64,000 nucleotides of DNA, taken from the NCBI GenBank assembly GCA_963845755.1, contig CAWJTV010000011.1, forward strand, positions 320,001 through 384,000, given 5' to 3'. The position numbers and the translations under genes were made by a program. Every line of letters begins with the position of its first letter. Positions within the stretch are counted from its first letter, which is position 1. The notes under the pieces were generated by a model. It did no database searches. It was not told where the DNA came from and saw nothing but the letters and a program-made list of their open reading frames with translations. This document shows, piece by piece, positions 1 to 8,889 of the stretch. Origin of the DNA: an uncultured Planctomycetota bacterium (GTDB lineage: Bacteria; Planctomycetota; Planctomycetia; Isosphaerales; Isosphaeraceae).

Positions 1-58
1 AGGGCGGGTGAAACCCACCAAGAATGGGCCCGATTCTGGTGGGTTTCACCCACCCTAC
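1..58. repeat. REP-like palindrome, family A (GTAG-type end), clipped by window start
   Basis: GGGTGAAACCCACCA...TGGTGGGTTTCACCCACCCTAC inverted arms; related copy at 13544-13604. Confidence 0.8.
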
Positions 59-121
59 AAAGGCCAGATGCCGTCCTCGGATCGTTTCTAACAGATCCTG
101 GTGTCCCATGCAATATTGGAG

Positions 122-150
122 TTGACTCCAAAATTAGCGTCGTCTACAAT
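122..150 (+). promoter_or_regulatory. sigma70-like promoter of ABC transporter
   Basis: TTGACT(122-127)-17 bp-TACAAT(145-150), 88 bp before ATG 238. Confidence 0.6.
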
Positions 151-237
151 GATTCTCGCCGATCCCGGCCGTTGTGAGGTCGTCGTGGCGATCGGCAACG
201 GCCTCACCGTATCTCATGCCGAAGGGATTCTCATTCG

Positions 238-2133
238 ATGACTCGCCACCACGGGCCCCACGGCCGGATCGACGATGTGGCGCCGGTCCGGATCACCGCC
301 GAGGGATTCCGGGAGACCGTCCGCCTTCTTTCCTACATGCGCCCCTATCGCCGCAAGTTCGTGGCGGCGCAGGTCTGCCTGGTGCTGTCGACGCTGGCGA
401 GCCTGGCGTTCCCCTATTTCACGGGCCGACTCATCGACGCCGCCCAGCCCGACAGCCGGGCCACGGCCCTGGCGGCCCGGTTTCCGGCGGCCTCCCTCGA
501 TGTCAACACGATCGCGCTGGTCCTCCTGCTGGCGCTGGCGATTCAATCGATCTGCTCCTATTTTCAGACGTACTGGCTCACGGAGGTCGGCGAGCGGAGC
601 CTGGCCGAGCTCCGCCGGGACGTCTACGGCCATCTGATCCGCCTGCCGATGGCGTTCTTCTCCCAGCGTCGCGTGGGCGAGCTCGGCAGCCGGCTCTCCG
701 CCGATTTGACCCTGATTCAGGGCGCCCTGACCGGGGCCATCCCGATGCTGCTCGGGCAACTGGTAGTGCTGGTGGGCGGCCTGACATTGATCACGCTGAC
801 GTCTGGTCGGCTGACGTTGGTGATGCTCTCGTCGCTGCCGGTGGCGATCGGCCTGGCGATCATCTTCGGCCATCGCACGCGCCGGATCGCCCGGGAGGCG
901 CAGGACAAACTGGCCGATACGAACGTGATCGTCGAGGAGACGCTCCAGGGGATCGCCAGCGTGAAGGCGTTCACGAATGAGGAGTATGAGACCAGCCGAT
1001 ATCGCGTGGGAGTCGGGTCGATGATCGACGTATCGCTGCGCGGCGCCCGATACCAGGGGGCGTTCGGGGCCTTCGTCAGCTTCGTGCTATTCGGCTCGAT
1101 CATTCCCACGATGTGGTACGGCGCCCGGCTGGTCGAGGCGGGTGCGCTGACGTTCGGCGGCATGACCCAGTTCTTGCTGTACACGACGTATCTGGGCGGC
1201 TCGATGGGACAATTCGCGCGGTTGTACGGCGAGTGGCAGCGGACCATGGGCGCGACGCAACGCATCCGGGAACTGCTGGCCGAGAAGTCCGAGCAGTGCG
1301 AGAATCATCAGGCGAGCCCACCCGACCCGCCACCTGTGATAGCCCGATCACCCCGCCGGCTCCGCGGCGACGTGATCTTCGAGGGTGTGACCTTTGCTTA
1401 TCCCTCGCGCCCAGGCGTCACGGTGTTGCGCGACCTGTCGCTGACGGTGGACGCGGGACGGCGGATCGCCCTGGTCGGGCCCAGCGGGGCGGGCAAGTTG
1501 ACGATCGTGTCGCTCTTGCTGAGGTTCTACGATCCCGATTCCGGCCGGATCCGGATCGACGGCCGCGATGCGCGCGACTATCCCTTGCATCAGCTCCGGA
1601 GCCAGATGGCGATCGTGCCGCAGGATGTGTTGCTCTTCGGCGGCACCATCGCCGACAACATCGCTTACGGACGCCCCGGCGCGACCGCCGACGCGATCGA
1701 GGATGCCGCCCGTCAGGCCAATGCCCACGACTTCATCGCCGGGTTCCCCGAGGGATACCAGACCGTGGTCGGCGATCGCGGCGTCAAGCTTTCCGGCGGC
1801 CAGCGCCAGCGCGTGGCGATCGCCCGGGCGATCCTCCGGGACCCCGCGATCCTGATCCTCGACGAGGCGACGAGCTCGCTCGACTCGGAGAGCGAGAGCC
1901 TGGTGCAGCAGGCGCTCGATACCTTGATGCGCGCGCGGACGTCGGTGATCATCGCCCACCGGCTCGCGACGGTGCGCCGGGCCGATTGCCTCTTCGTCAT
2001 CAAGGAGGGACAGGTGGTCGAGTCCGGCACTCACGAGCAGTTGTCCGCCCGGGAGGGCGGCCTCTACCGGACGCTCTCCGAACTCCAGTTCGGTCTCGAC
2101 GAGCCGGCTTCGGCCGTACCGTCCGTTGTTTGA
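238..2133 (+). CDS. ABC exporter, fused TMD+NBD (MsbA/ABCB-like)
   Basis: N-terminal TM helices, Walker A GPSGAGK(L)T, LSGGQ signature, Walker B ILILDEAT, AH switch. Confidence 0.93.
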   Translation: MTRHHGPHGRIDDVAPVRITAEGFRETVRLLSYMRPYRRKFVAAQVCLVLSTLASLAFPYFTGRLIDAAQPDSRATALAARFPAASLDVNTIALVLLLALAIQSICSYFQTYWLTEVGERSLAELRRDVYGHLIRLPMAFFSQRRVGELGSRLSADLTLIQGALTGAIPMLLGQLVVLVGGLTLITLTSGRLTLVMLSSLPVAIGLAIIFGHRTRRIAREAQDKLADTNVIVEETLQGIASVKAFTNEEYETSRYRVGVGSMIDVSLRGARYQGAFGAFVSFVLFGSIIPTMWYGARLVEAGALTFGGMTQFLLYTTYLGGSMGQFARLYGEWQRTMGATQRIRELLAEKSEQCENHQASPPDPPPVIARSPRRLRGDVIFEGVTFAYPSRPGVTVLRDLSLTVDAGRRIALVGPSGAGKLTIVSLLLRFYDPDSGRIRIDGRDARDYPLHQLRSQMAIVPQDVLLFGGTIADNIAYGRPGATADAIEDAARQANAHDFIAGFPEGYQTVVGDRGVKLSGGQRQRVAIARAILRDPAILILDEATSSLDSESESLVQQALDTLMRARTSVIIAHRLATVRRADCLFVIKEGQVVESGTHEQLSAREGGLYRTLSELQFGLDEPASAVPSVV

Positions 2134-2281
2134 GCGGTGGGCGCGTGAGGGCGATCCGGAGGGGATCGAAAGGTTCGGCCCTAGAAAACCGGCGGCGCTC
2201 CGGCGATAAACTGACAGGCACAACGACCCGTCAGGCGGCCTCCATACTGGTCTGGGCCTCGGGCGGCGAGGAGAGCGGATC

Positions 2282-2578
2282 ATGCGAATCTCGGTCTTGA
2301 TCGAGCCGGTTCCAGGTCACGGCTATCGTGCCAGGGGGGGAGAGCCGTTTGCCATGATGGCCGAGGGGGCAACGCGCGATGACGCTGTGCAACAACTGCG
2401 CAAGCTCATCGAAGGGAAGTTCTCCGCCGGCGCCGAGGTCGTCACGCTCGATGTGCCCGTGGCCGAACATCCCTGGCTCCCTTTCGCCGGAATGTTCCGG
2501 GACGATCCCTTAGTCGAGGAGTGGAAGGAAACGATGGCGGGACTTCGGCGTCAGGATGACGAATATCGCTCGGAGTGA
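2282..2578 (+). CDS. HicB-like antitoxin-family protein, no adjacent toxin
   Basis: 98 aa; VLIEP..GYRA...AEGATRDDAV HicB-type N-terminus. Confidence 0.6.
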   Translation: MRISVLIEPVPGHGYRARGGEPFAMMAEGATRDDAVQQLRKLIEGKFSAGAEVVTLDVPVAEHPWLPFAGMFRDDPLVEEWKETMAGLRRQDDEYRSE

Positions 2579-2604
2579 ACGTGTAGCCGGAGGCCCTGGT
2601 GCCC

Positions 2605-4010
2605 TCAGGGCAGCGGGATATCCCGGAACTCGAACGGGATCTCGGCCGTGGTGCGCATGATGCTGAAGAACAGCAACTTGGCCGGAATCGCGGGATGCTG
2701 ATCAAACTGGAACGGGTTGTGATTGGGGCGAAACGTGACCAGGGCCTCCCTGGGCCCTTTTCGCACGAATTGCGGATTCCAGCCGAGGATCCGCTGTCCT
2801 TTCTCACTGACCAGGATGAACTGTGACTCCAAGAAAAGGCTCCAATCGACGACGAGGACCTTTGGATCGATGGCCGGCACGGGGAACGGTTGGACCTGAC
2901 CAACCGGATTGTCAGCGGCAGGCTCGGGGAGATCAAGCTCTTCGAACTTGGAGCGCAAGAGCAGCGCGATCGAAGGCCCCTTCGCCGCGTCGAGCCGGAC
3001 GGCCTGCATGGTCAGAGTCGCGTCCGGCCCGTCAAACGTCTTACCGTGAGAGTCGGCGAGCGGAACGATGATTGGATCGGCCTTGAACTCGGCGACCAGG
3101 ACGGGGAAAACCCCCCGGAACCGTTTGGGGACGGCTTCCGGCCTCCTAAGGGGCTTCAGGTCAACTATGTAGGACGTCGCAGCATTTGGTAATGCAAATC
3201 CAGACCTAAATGGATCTGTAAGATTACCAACTTCAGCATTTGAGGCGATCACGGTCTGGCCTTGATCGTCGATGGCTTCGAGGATCCTCGGGAGATTGGC
3301 GACCGCGAACGTCAGGCGGGGCTCAGCGATGAGCTCCATCACGAGGTAACACGTCTCATCCACGTTCCGCTCACCCTGGCCATCAGCCCGCTCGAGGAAC
3401 CTGGTCCGCTGGAGCTCGTAGTGGAGGCTGTGGATCCTTGCGCGAAATGGTCCGGATTCCGACACCGGGCCCGGGATTCCCGCACGTTCGAGGGCCAATG
3501 GGCACACAGCGGGCTTCCAGCGCTCGAGCGCCTCATCGTCACCATAATCCGGACCCAGAGTATAGCGCATCCCGCCGGCCGCACAGAGGCGGTCGAGCGC
3601 CGGCAACAGCGGAACCGGCTTCTCCTCGCGAAGCGTGATCTTACGCCGGAGGTTGTCGTGGAGTTCATCGAGATTGCCGGTCATCTCGAAATGGTGCTTC
3701 TGCCCGAGGGCCTTGATGGCGTCGCCGACCGTCTGATCGCGGACGTCGAGCGTGACCAGGGTCGGTCGGGTCGAGATGTCGTGCTCGACCTTGGCCAGCA
3801 GCTTGGCGGCGCGAGTGCGGACCTCTGCGTCGCGGGAATCGCGGCTGGCGATCCGAAGAGCCGGCAAGGCGGCGCGGCCCCTGGCTTCAGCGCGGCGGAG
3901 GCCGCGTCGCGCTCGGCGGCGCGAGCCGAGCCCAGCCGCTGGATCAGCGTCACGGTCTCGAGGTCGTCCCCCGTGAGCATGAACATTGCGAGCAACAGGA
4001 CAGTTTTCAT
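2605..4010 (-). CDS. Secreted planctomycete-type hypothetical protein with N-terminal HEAT-like repeat (1-nt frameshift near 3887)
   Basis: MKTVLLLAMFML signal and LIQRLGS..AERDAASAAL continue, after one indel, into PALRIASRDSRDAEVRTRAAKLL of ORF 2605-3867. Confidence 0.7.
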
Positions 4011-4025
4011 ATATTTATTAAAGTG

Positions 4026-4364
4026 TTACCAGGATGCAGCAATGTGGGCCAATACGGCGGCGGCGGATTGGCGATCGTTCCCGGTCAAGGAGCCCAAGTG
4101 CCGTCTCACGCGACTCTTGGCCAAGGTCGCCAGCTTGTGAAGACGGACGGTAGAGGGTGCCAGCAGTCCGGCTTGTTGCCAGTCTGCGATCACCACATCG
4201 AAAGGCGTGTTCTGAACTTGGGTTGTGACCCGGGCTAACAAGACATCCGCGTCACCGGTGTCGAGAATGACCAGGGCCGGGCGCGGCTTGCCCGGACCAC
4301 TGACCGTAAAGGGAAAGTCCACCAGAACAAGGTCACCCGACTGGTAGGTGGTCGTAGATGGCAT
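4026..4364 (-). CDS. Type II TA toxin, PemK/MazF family
   Basis: GDLVLVDFPFT...KPRPALVI...WQQAGL..PSTVR.HKL; start ATG 4364 overlaps upstream antitoxin. Confidence 0.88.
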   Translation of the reverse strand: MPSTTTYQSGDLVLVDFPFTVSGPGKPRPALVILDTGDADVLLARVTTQVQNTPFDVVIADWQQAGLLAPSTVRLHKLATLAKSRVRRHLGSLTGNDRQSAAAVLAHIAASW

Positions 4365-4551
4365 CTGTGTCGGCGTATCCTCGGCCAAACTCCTCGGCCG
4401 CTTGTCGTTCCCACTCACCCTCGGTGTCGTTATCGGGGAGGAGGACCAGCACGCGGACCGTCTGGCCGATCGGAATGGCGCCGAACAGCGAGGCGGGAAC
4501 GGTCAGTGTTTGATCCGGATTCAGTTGTGACTGGAACTCGATGGCCTTCAT
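4333..4551 (-). CDS. Putative antitoxin of the MazF-like toxin
   Basis: 72 aa, acidic C-terminus (DTDAIYD), overlaps toxin start, GGAGG RBS upstream. Confidence 0.75.
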   Translation of the reverse strand: MKAIEFQSQLNPDQTLTVPASLFGAIPIGQTVRVLVLLPDNDTEGEWERQAAEEFGRGYADTDAIYDHLPVG

Positions 4552-4637
4552 CGTCGGTAACCTCCCACGTGCATTCTAATGCGCCCGACTCGCTGCTGTC
4601 TGTAGCGTAATGCACGGGATCGCGTGGAAGCGCATTC

Positions 4638-4679
4638 GGTGGGCCTCGCCGCGATGAATCGCGGCTCGACCCACCTTAC
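4638..4679. repeat. REP-like hairpin
   Basis: GGTGGG.CTCGCCGCG-ATGAAT-CGCGGCTCGACCCACC followed by TTAC; downstream of gene 4706-6235. Confidence 0.5.
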
Positions 4680-4705
4680 ACGACTGTTCTCCTCAATGGG
4701 TCGGC

Positions 4706-6235
4706 CTATGCCAGCGCCGCCCGGGTCCGCTTCACCAGGTTATTATCCTTGTCGCCCGAGGCGGGCAAGAGGAGCATGCTCGCGGCCAGGTAGCGCTCGC
4801 GATACGACGGCGAGGCGTTGAAGTAGTCCTCCAGCACGGCCGAGCTGAACTTGTAGTCGTGGGCGTCGTCCCCCTTGAGGAAGACCAGCCGTCGCGCTGC
4901 GTGGATGAGGTTCTCGGGCTCGTGGCCGGCCTGGAGGTAGGACAGCGCCTTGCGTGCGGCCGCCATCTTGTCGTGGCTGGCGTCGGCGAAGATCTCTTCG
5001 ATCGCCCCGCGGCCATCCTTGGTTGCGGATGTGCCGGTCGGCTCGAGCTGATCGATCCGCGCCTCGCTCGTCTTGCCGCGGCCCAATGCCTGGCGGAACA
5101 AGGTGAGGAACGCGGCGTTCTGGAGCATCAGCAGCCGGCGGGTCCGGTCGTCGCCGCTGGTTTGGTAGGCGTAATGCAGGGCGTTGGTCGTGGTGATCGC
5201 GTGTAACGAAACGATGTTCGCCTGGCGGAGGAGCAGCTCCCCGGCACCGTCGAAGAGGGCGTCCCAGATCGACTGGGGCGCGATGCCTCGGTTCAGGAGC
5301 TCGACGACTTGCTCGCTGGCGTCGTCGTCGGAGCCGTGGCGGAGCGTGGAGAGCAGGTCGGCCGCGGCGGAGGAGTCGCACTTGCCGGCATACCAGCCTT
5401 CGCGGATCCGGGCCGCGCGGGCCAGGTTGCGGCGACCGGGACGGTCGGCCGGCTCGTCGCTCTGGGCCGGGTTGACCTTCTCGCGCTGGAGCAAGGCGTA
5501 GGCCAGTGAGCGGAGGACGGGCTCGGCGTGCTGCCAGCCGATGCACTGGAGCGTCCGCCAACTGTTGGCCACGTAGATCGCCTTGTGGCCGATGTCGCGG
5601 AAGTCGCGGCACCCGTATCGGAAGAACAGCTCATAGATCTCGTTGGCGCCCGCCGTGCGGGCCAGGCCGGCGACCGCCGCGTCGGTGGCCGACTCGTCCC
5701 AGCGGTCCATGGCCGCGATGAACGCCTCGCGCGCCCGGCTTGGCGGCGGGACCGCGGACTCGTCCACCGGGCCCATCGTCCAGTTCCCCTCGCGGACATC
5801 CTGGGCCTGCGAGCTCTTGAAGTGGTCGAGAGCCCAGAAGATCGGCAGCCATCGGTCGGAGTCGGGCGAGCCGAGGCTCGCCAGGTGCGCCGAGTTCACC
5901 ACGAGCACCGCGTGGAACTTGAACCCGACATGGGGCCTCGGCTGGACATTACGCACGCCGGCCAGCAAGAGCGCGGCCAGCACTTCCTGATAGGTCAATC
6001 CGTGCTTGATCCGCCCGGCGACCTCCTCGAGGAGCTTCTCGCGCGGGGTGTCCTCCAGCAGCCGGACGATGGGCTCGATCTCGGGCTGGAGGCGGACGAC
6101 CTTCGGGTCCAGCTTGGCCTCGTCGGCCGAGACCGGCCGGAGCTTCGACAGGAAGCCCAGGTCGCCCAGGCCCACCAGCGCGCCGCTCGCCGCGGACGCC
6201 TGCAAGAAGCGCCGTCGATCCGTTCGCATGCTCAT
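4706..6235 (-). CDS. Tat-exported conserved hypothetical protein, His-motif helical protein
   Basis: DRRRFL twin-arginine signal; motifs FHAVL..NSAH, GHKAI, LHAITTTNALH, DAHDYK. Confidence 0.8.
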   Translation of the reverse strand: MSMRTDRRRFLQASAASGALVGLGDLGFLSKLRPVSADEAKLDPKVVRLQPEIEPIVRLLEDTPREKLLEEVAGRIKHGLTYQEVLAALLLAGVRNVQPRPHVGFKFHAVLVVNSAHLASLGSPDSDRWLPIFWALDHFKSSQAQDVREGNWTMGPVDESAVPPPSRAREAFIAAMDRWDESATDAAVAGLARTAGANEIYELFFRYGCRDFRDIGHKAIYVANSWRTLQCIGWQHAEPVLRSLAYALLQREKVNPAQSDEPADRPGRRNLARAARIREGWYAGKCDSSAAADLLSTLRHGSDDDASEQVVELLNRGIAPQSIWDALFDGAGELLLRQANIVSLHAITTTNALHYAYQTSGDDRTRRLLMLQNAAFLTLFRQALGRGKTSEARIDQLEPTGTSATKDGRGAIEEIFADASHDKMAAARKALSYLQAGHEPENLIHAARRLVFLKGDDAHDYKFSSAVLEDYFNASPSYRERYLAASMLLLPASGDKDNNLVKRTRAALA

Positions 6236-6280
6236 GGCTGCTCCTGTTCTCAGGTATGGTTCCTGATGTTCAAATCTGAC

Positions 6281-6339
6281 GCAGGTCAGGCTTTCCAGCC
6301 CGACATCCCCGACACGTCAGGCTGGAAAGCCTGACCTAC
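6281..6339. repeat. REP-like palindrome, family B
   Basis: 24-bp arms GCAGGTCAGGCTTTCCAGCCCGAC / GTCAGGCTGGAAAGCCTGACCTAC (22/24 complementary). Confidence 0.8.
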
Positions 6340-6549
6340 TTGCTACCCGTGGGAAAATCGGGACGCTCGGACCCCGCGCCTCATTCTGACGCGCGGTGAT
6401 CGTCGCGGCAAGCCTCGCGAATGGCCTGGGCGCAGGCGGCCGATCGTGCAGGACCGTGGAAGGCAAGCCGAAATCCCTGTATCTTGGCGAGAGAATCGGC
6501 ATGCCGTCCGGAAAATGCAGGCCGGCCGACCTTCAGACTGGGAGGATTG

Positions 6550-8692
6550 ATGTCGATACCACTCACGACTTTGTTGCTCGTCACCCTTGCTGGCCAGCCG
6601 GCCGAGGCCGCCGCGGGTGGATCATCCCCGGCCGCCGTCCGGCTGGCGATCGAGCCGTTCGGCTACCGCGGCGTGAGCCTCGACGACGGCCCGTTGCGAA
6701 GGCAGGTCGACGCCGCGCGCGAGGACTATCTGCGGATCCCCAACGACGACCTGCTCAAGGGGTTTCGCCTCCGCGCGGGCAAGCCGGCGCCGGGGGCCGA
6801 CCTGGGCGGCTGGTATTCGTCGGACGTCTTTCACGTCTTTGGCCAGATCCTCTCCGGCCTGGCCCGATTGCACGCGGTGACCGGCGATCCCGACTGCCGC
6901 GCCAAGGCCGAGGCGCTGCTCAAGGGTTGGGCCGAGTGCGTCGAGCCCGATGGTTATTTCTACTACTCGCGCAAGCCGAACGCGCCGCATTACATCTACG
7001 ACAAGATGGTCGGCGGCCTGACCGATATGATCCTCTTCTGCAAGAGCAGGCCGGCGGCCGAGTCGCTCGCCAAGATTACCGGCTGGGCGGAGAAGAACCT
7101 GGATCGATCCAACCCCTATGCCTTCGGCGGCACCGAGTGGTACACGCTGAGCGAGAACCTCTACCGCGCCCACCGCGCCACCGGCGACCCGCGGTATCGC
7201 GACTTCGCCGCAGGTCTGGCATTACCCCGAATACTGGGACATCTACGCGCGCAAGGGCGACCTCTTCGGGGACCGCGGCAATGGCCGGCGGACCGGCGTC
7301 TATCACGCCTATAGCCACGTCAACACCCTGGGCGGTGCGGCCCAGGCGTATCTTCACTCGGGAGATCGTCACTTCCTTGACACGGTCCTCCACGCCCACG
7401 ATGAGCTGCTGGCCCATCAGTGCTTCCCGACCGGTGGGTTCGGGCCGGACGAGCAGCTCCTGCCCCGCGCCGAGTGGCGGAAGAAGACCGATTACTCGCA
7501 CAACTCGTTCGAGACCCAGTGCGGCTGCTTCGCCGTATTCAAGCTGTGCAAATACCTGATGACAATCACCGGCGATGCCCGATACGGCGATTGGGTCGAG
7601 CGGCTGGCCTATAATGGGATCGCGGCCACGATCCCGATGTCATCCGACGGCCTGGTCTTCTATTACTCGGACTACAATGCGCTGGGCGGCGCCAAGCGGA
7701 ATCACTCCGTCGGCTGGTCGTGCTGCACCGGCACCCGCCCGATGGCGCTGGCCGACCTTCACGACCTGGTCTACTTCCACGCTTCCGATGACCTGTACGT
7801 CAACCTCTTCGTGCCCTCGACCGTGGTCTGGGAGCGGACCGGAGGGCCGGTCGTCCTGCGTCAGCTCACCCGGTTCCCCGAGTCCGACTCGACGCATCTC
7901 GTCGTCGCGCTGCCATCGCAACAACCGTCGGTTATCGGATTGAAGCTACGGGTGCCGGGCTGGCTGGCCGGGTCGCTCGTCGTCGCGGTCAACGGTAAGC
8001 CGGTGGATGCAGCGGTCGACGCCCACGGCTGGGCGACGGTCCGCCGCGAGTGGCGCGACGGCGACCGGCTCGAGGTCCGCCTGCCATCGAAGTTCGCTGT
8101 CCGGCCGCTCGATGATTTGGCGCCGTTGCCGGCGATGATCGTGCACGGTCCGTTGGCGATGGCGGTCCGCTCGAACGGTATTAATGTCGCCGAGCTCATC
8201 CGCGAGCCTGAGTTGGAGCACTCCCTCGTTCCCTCCGACGGCGAGCCGTTGACGTATCATCCTCGCTCGGGCGCGGACCTGCTGGTCCGGCCGTTCTACG
8301 CGCTCAAGCAGGGGGAGCCTTATTCGCTCTACCTCGACCCGAACCGCCATTCCCACCGCGCGGCGCGGTTCTCGGGCGAGGGCTGGCGCGGGTCGGAATC
8401 CTTCCGCTACAACGACCGGCCTGGGGCCTCGGTGGCGTTCACATTTTACGGAACGGGCGTACGGTGGATCGGGTTCCGGTTCGACGATGCGGGCGTCGCG
8501 GAGGTCCGAATCGATGATCGTATTGTTGCGCAAGTCGACCAGCACGGCCCACACCGCGACGAGCCGTTCGAATGGCGGACCGAGGGCCTCCCCGGGGGCG
8601 CCCATCGCCTCACGATCACGATTACAGAGACCCAGCCGGCGGGCTCGAAGGGGCGGTTCATCAATGTCGCCGGGTTCGAGGTGATGCCCTGA
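6550..8692 (+). CDS. Glycoside hydrolase GH127/GH146-like (beta-L-arabinofuranosidase-like), secreted; frameshift near 7213
   Basis: GGAGG RBS, signal peptide, LGGWY, HAYSHVN, ETQC, YGDWVERLAYN, WSCCTGT, LRVPGW; extra C-terminal beta-sandwich. Confidence 0.82.
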
Positions 8693-8724
8693 ATGCCAGG
8701 ATCCCCTGGGGGCATCGCCCTTCG

Positions 8725-8785
8725 GGCTCGACCCCGGCCACCCCCACATCTGCGGCCAAGACTCTGGGGTGGCTGGGGTCAAGCC
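8725..8785. repeat. REP-like inverted repeat between convergent genes (possible terminator role)
   Basis: GGCTCGACCCCGGCCACCCC / GGGGTGGCTGGGGTCAAGCC, 18/20 complementary. Confidence 0.6.
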
Positions 8786-8889
8786 GGCTCTGCCGGCGCC
8801 GCCCCCACGAGTGTCGCTGTCAATCACCGAGCTTCCCTTTCTTGCCTCGCGTTTTCCCAACGGGGCGAGCCGCTTCGCCGCGCGCCGCA

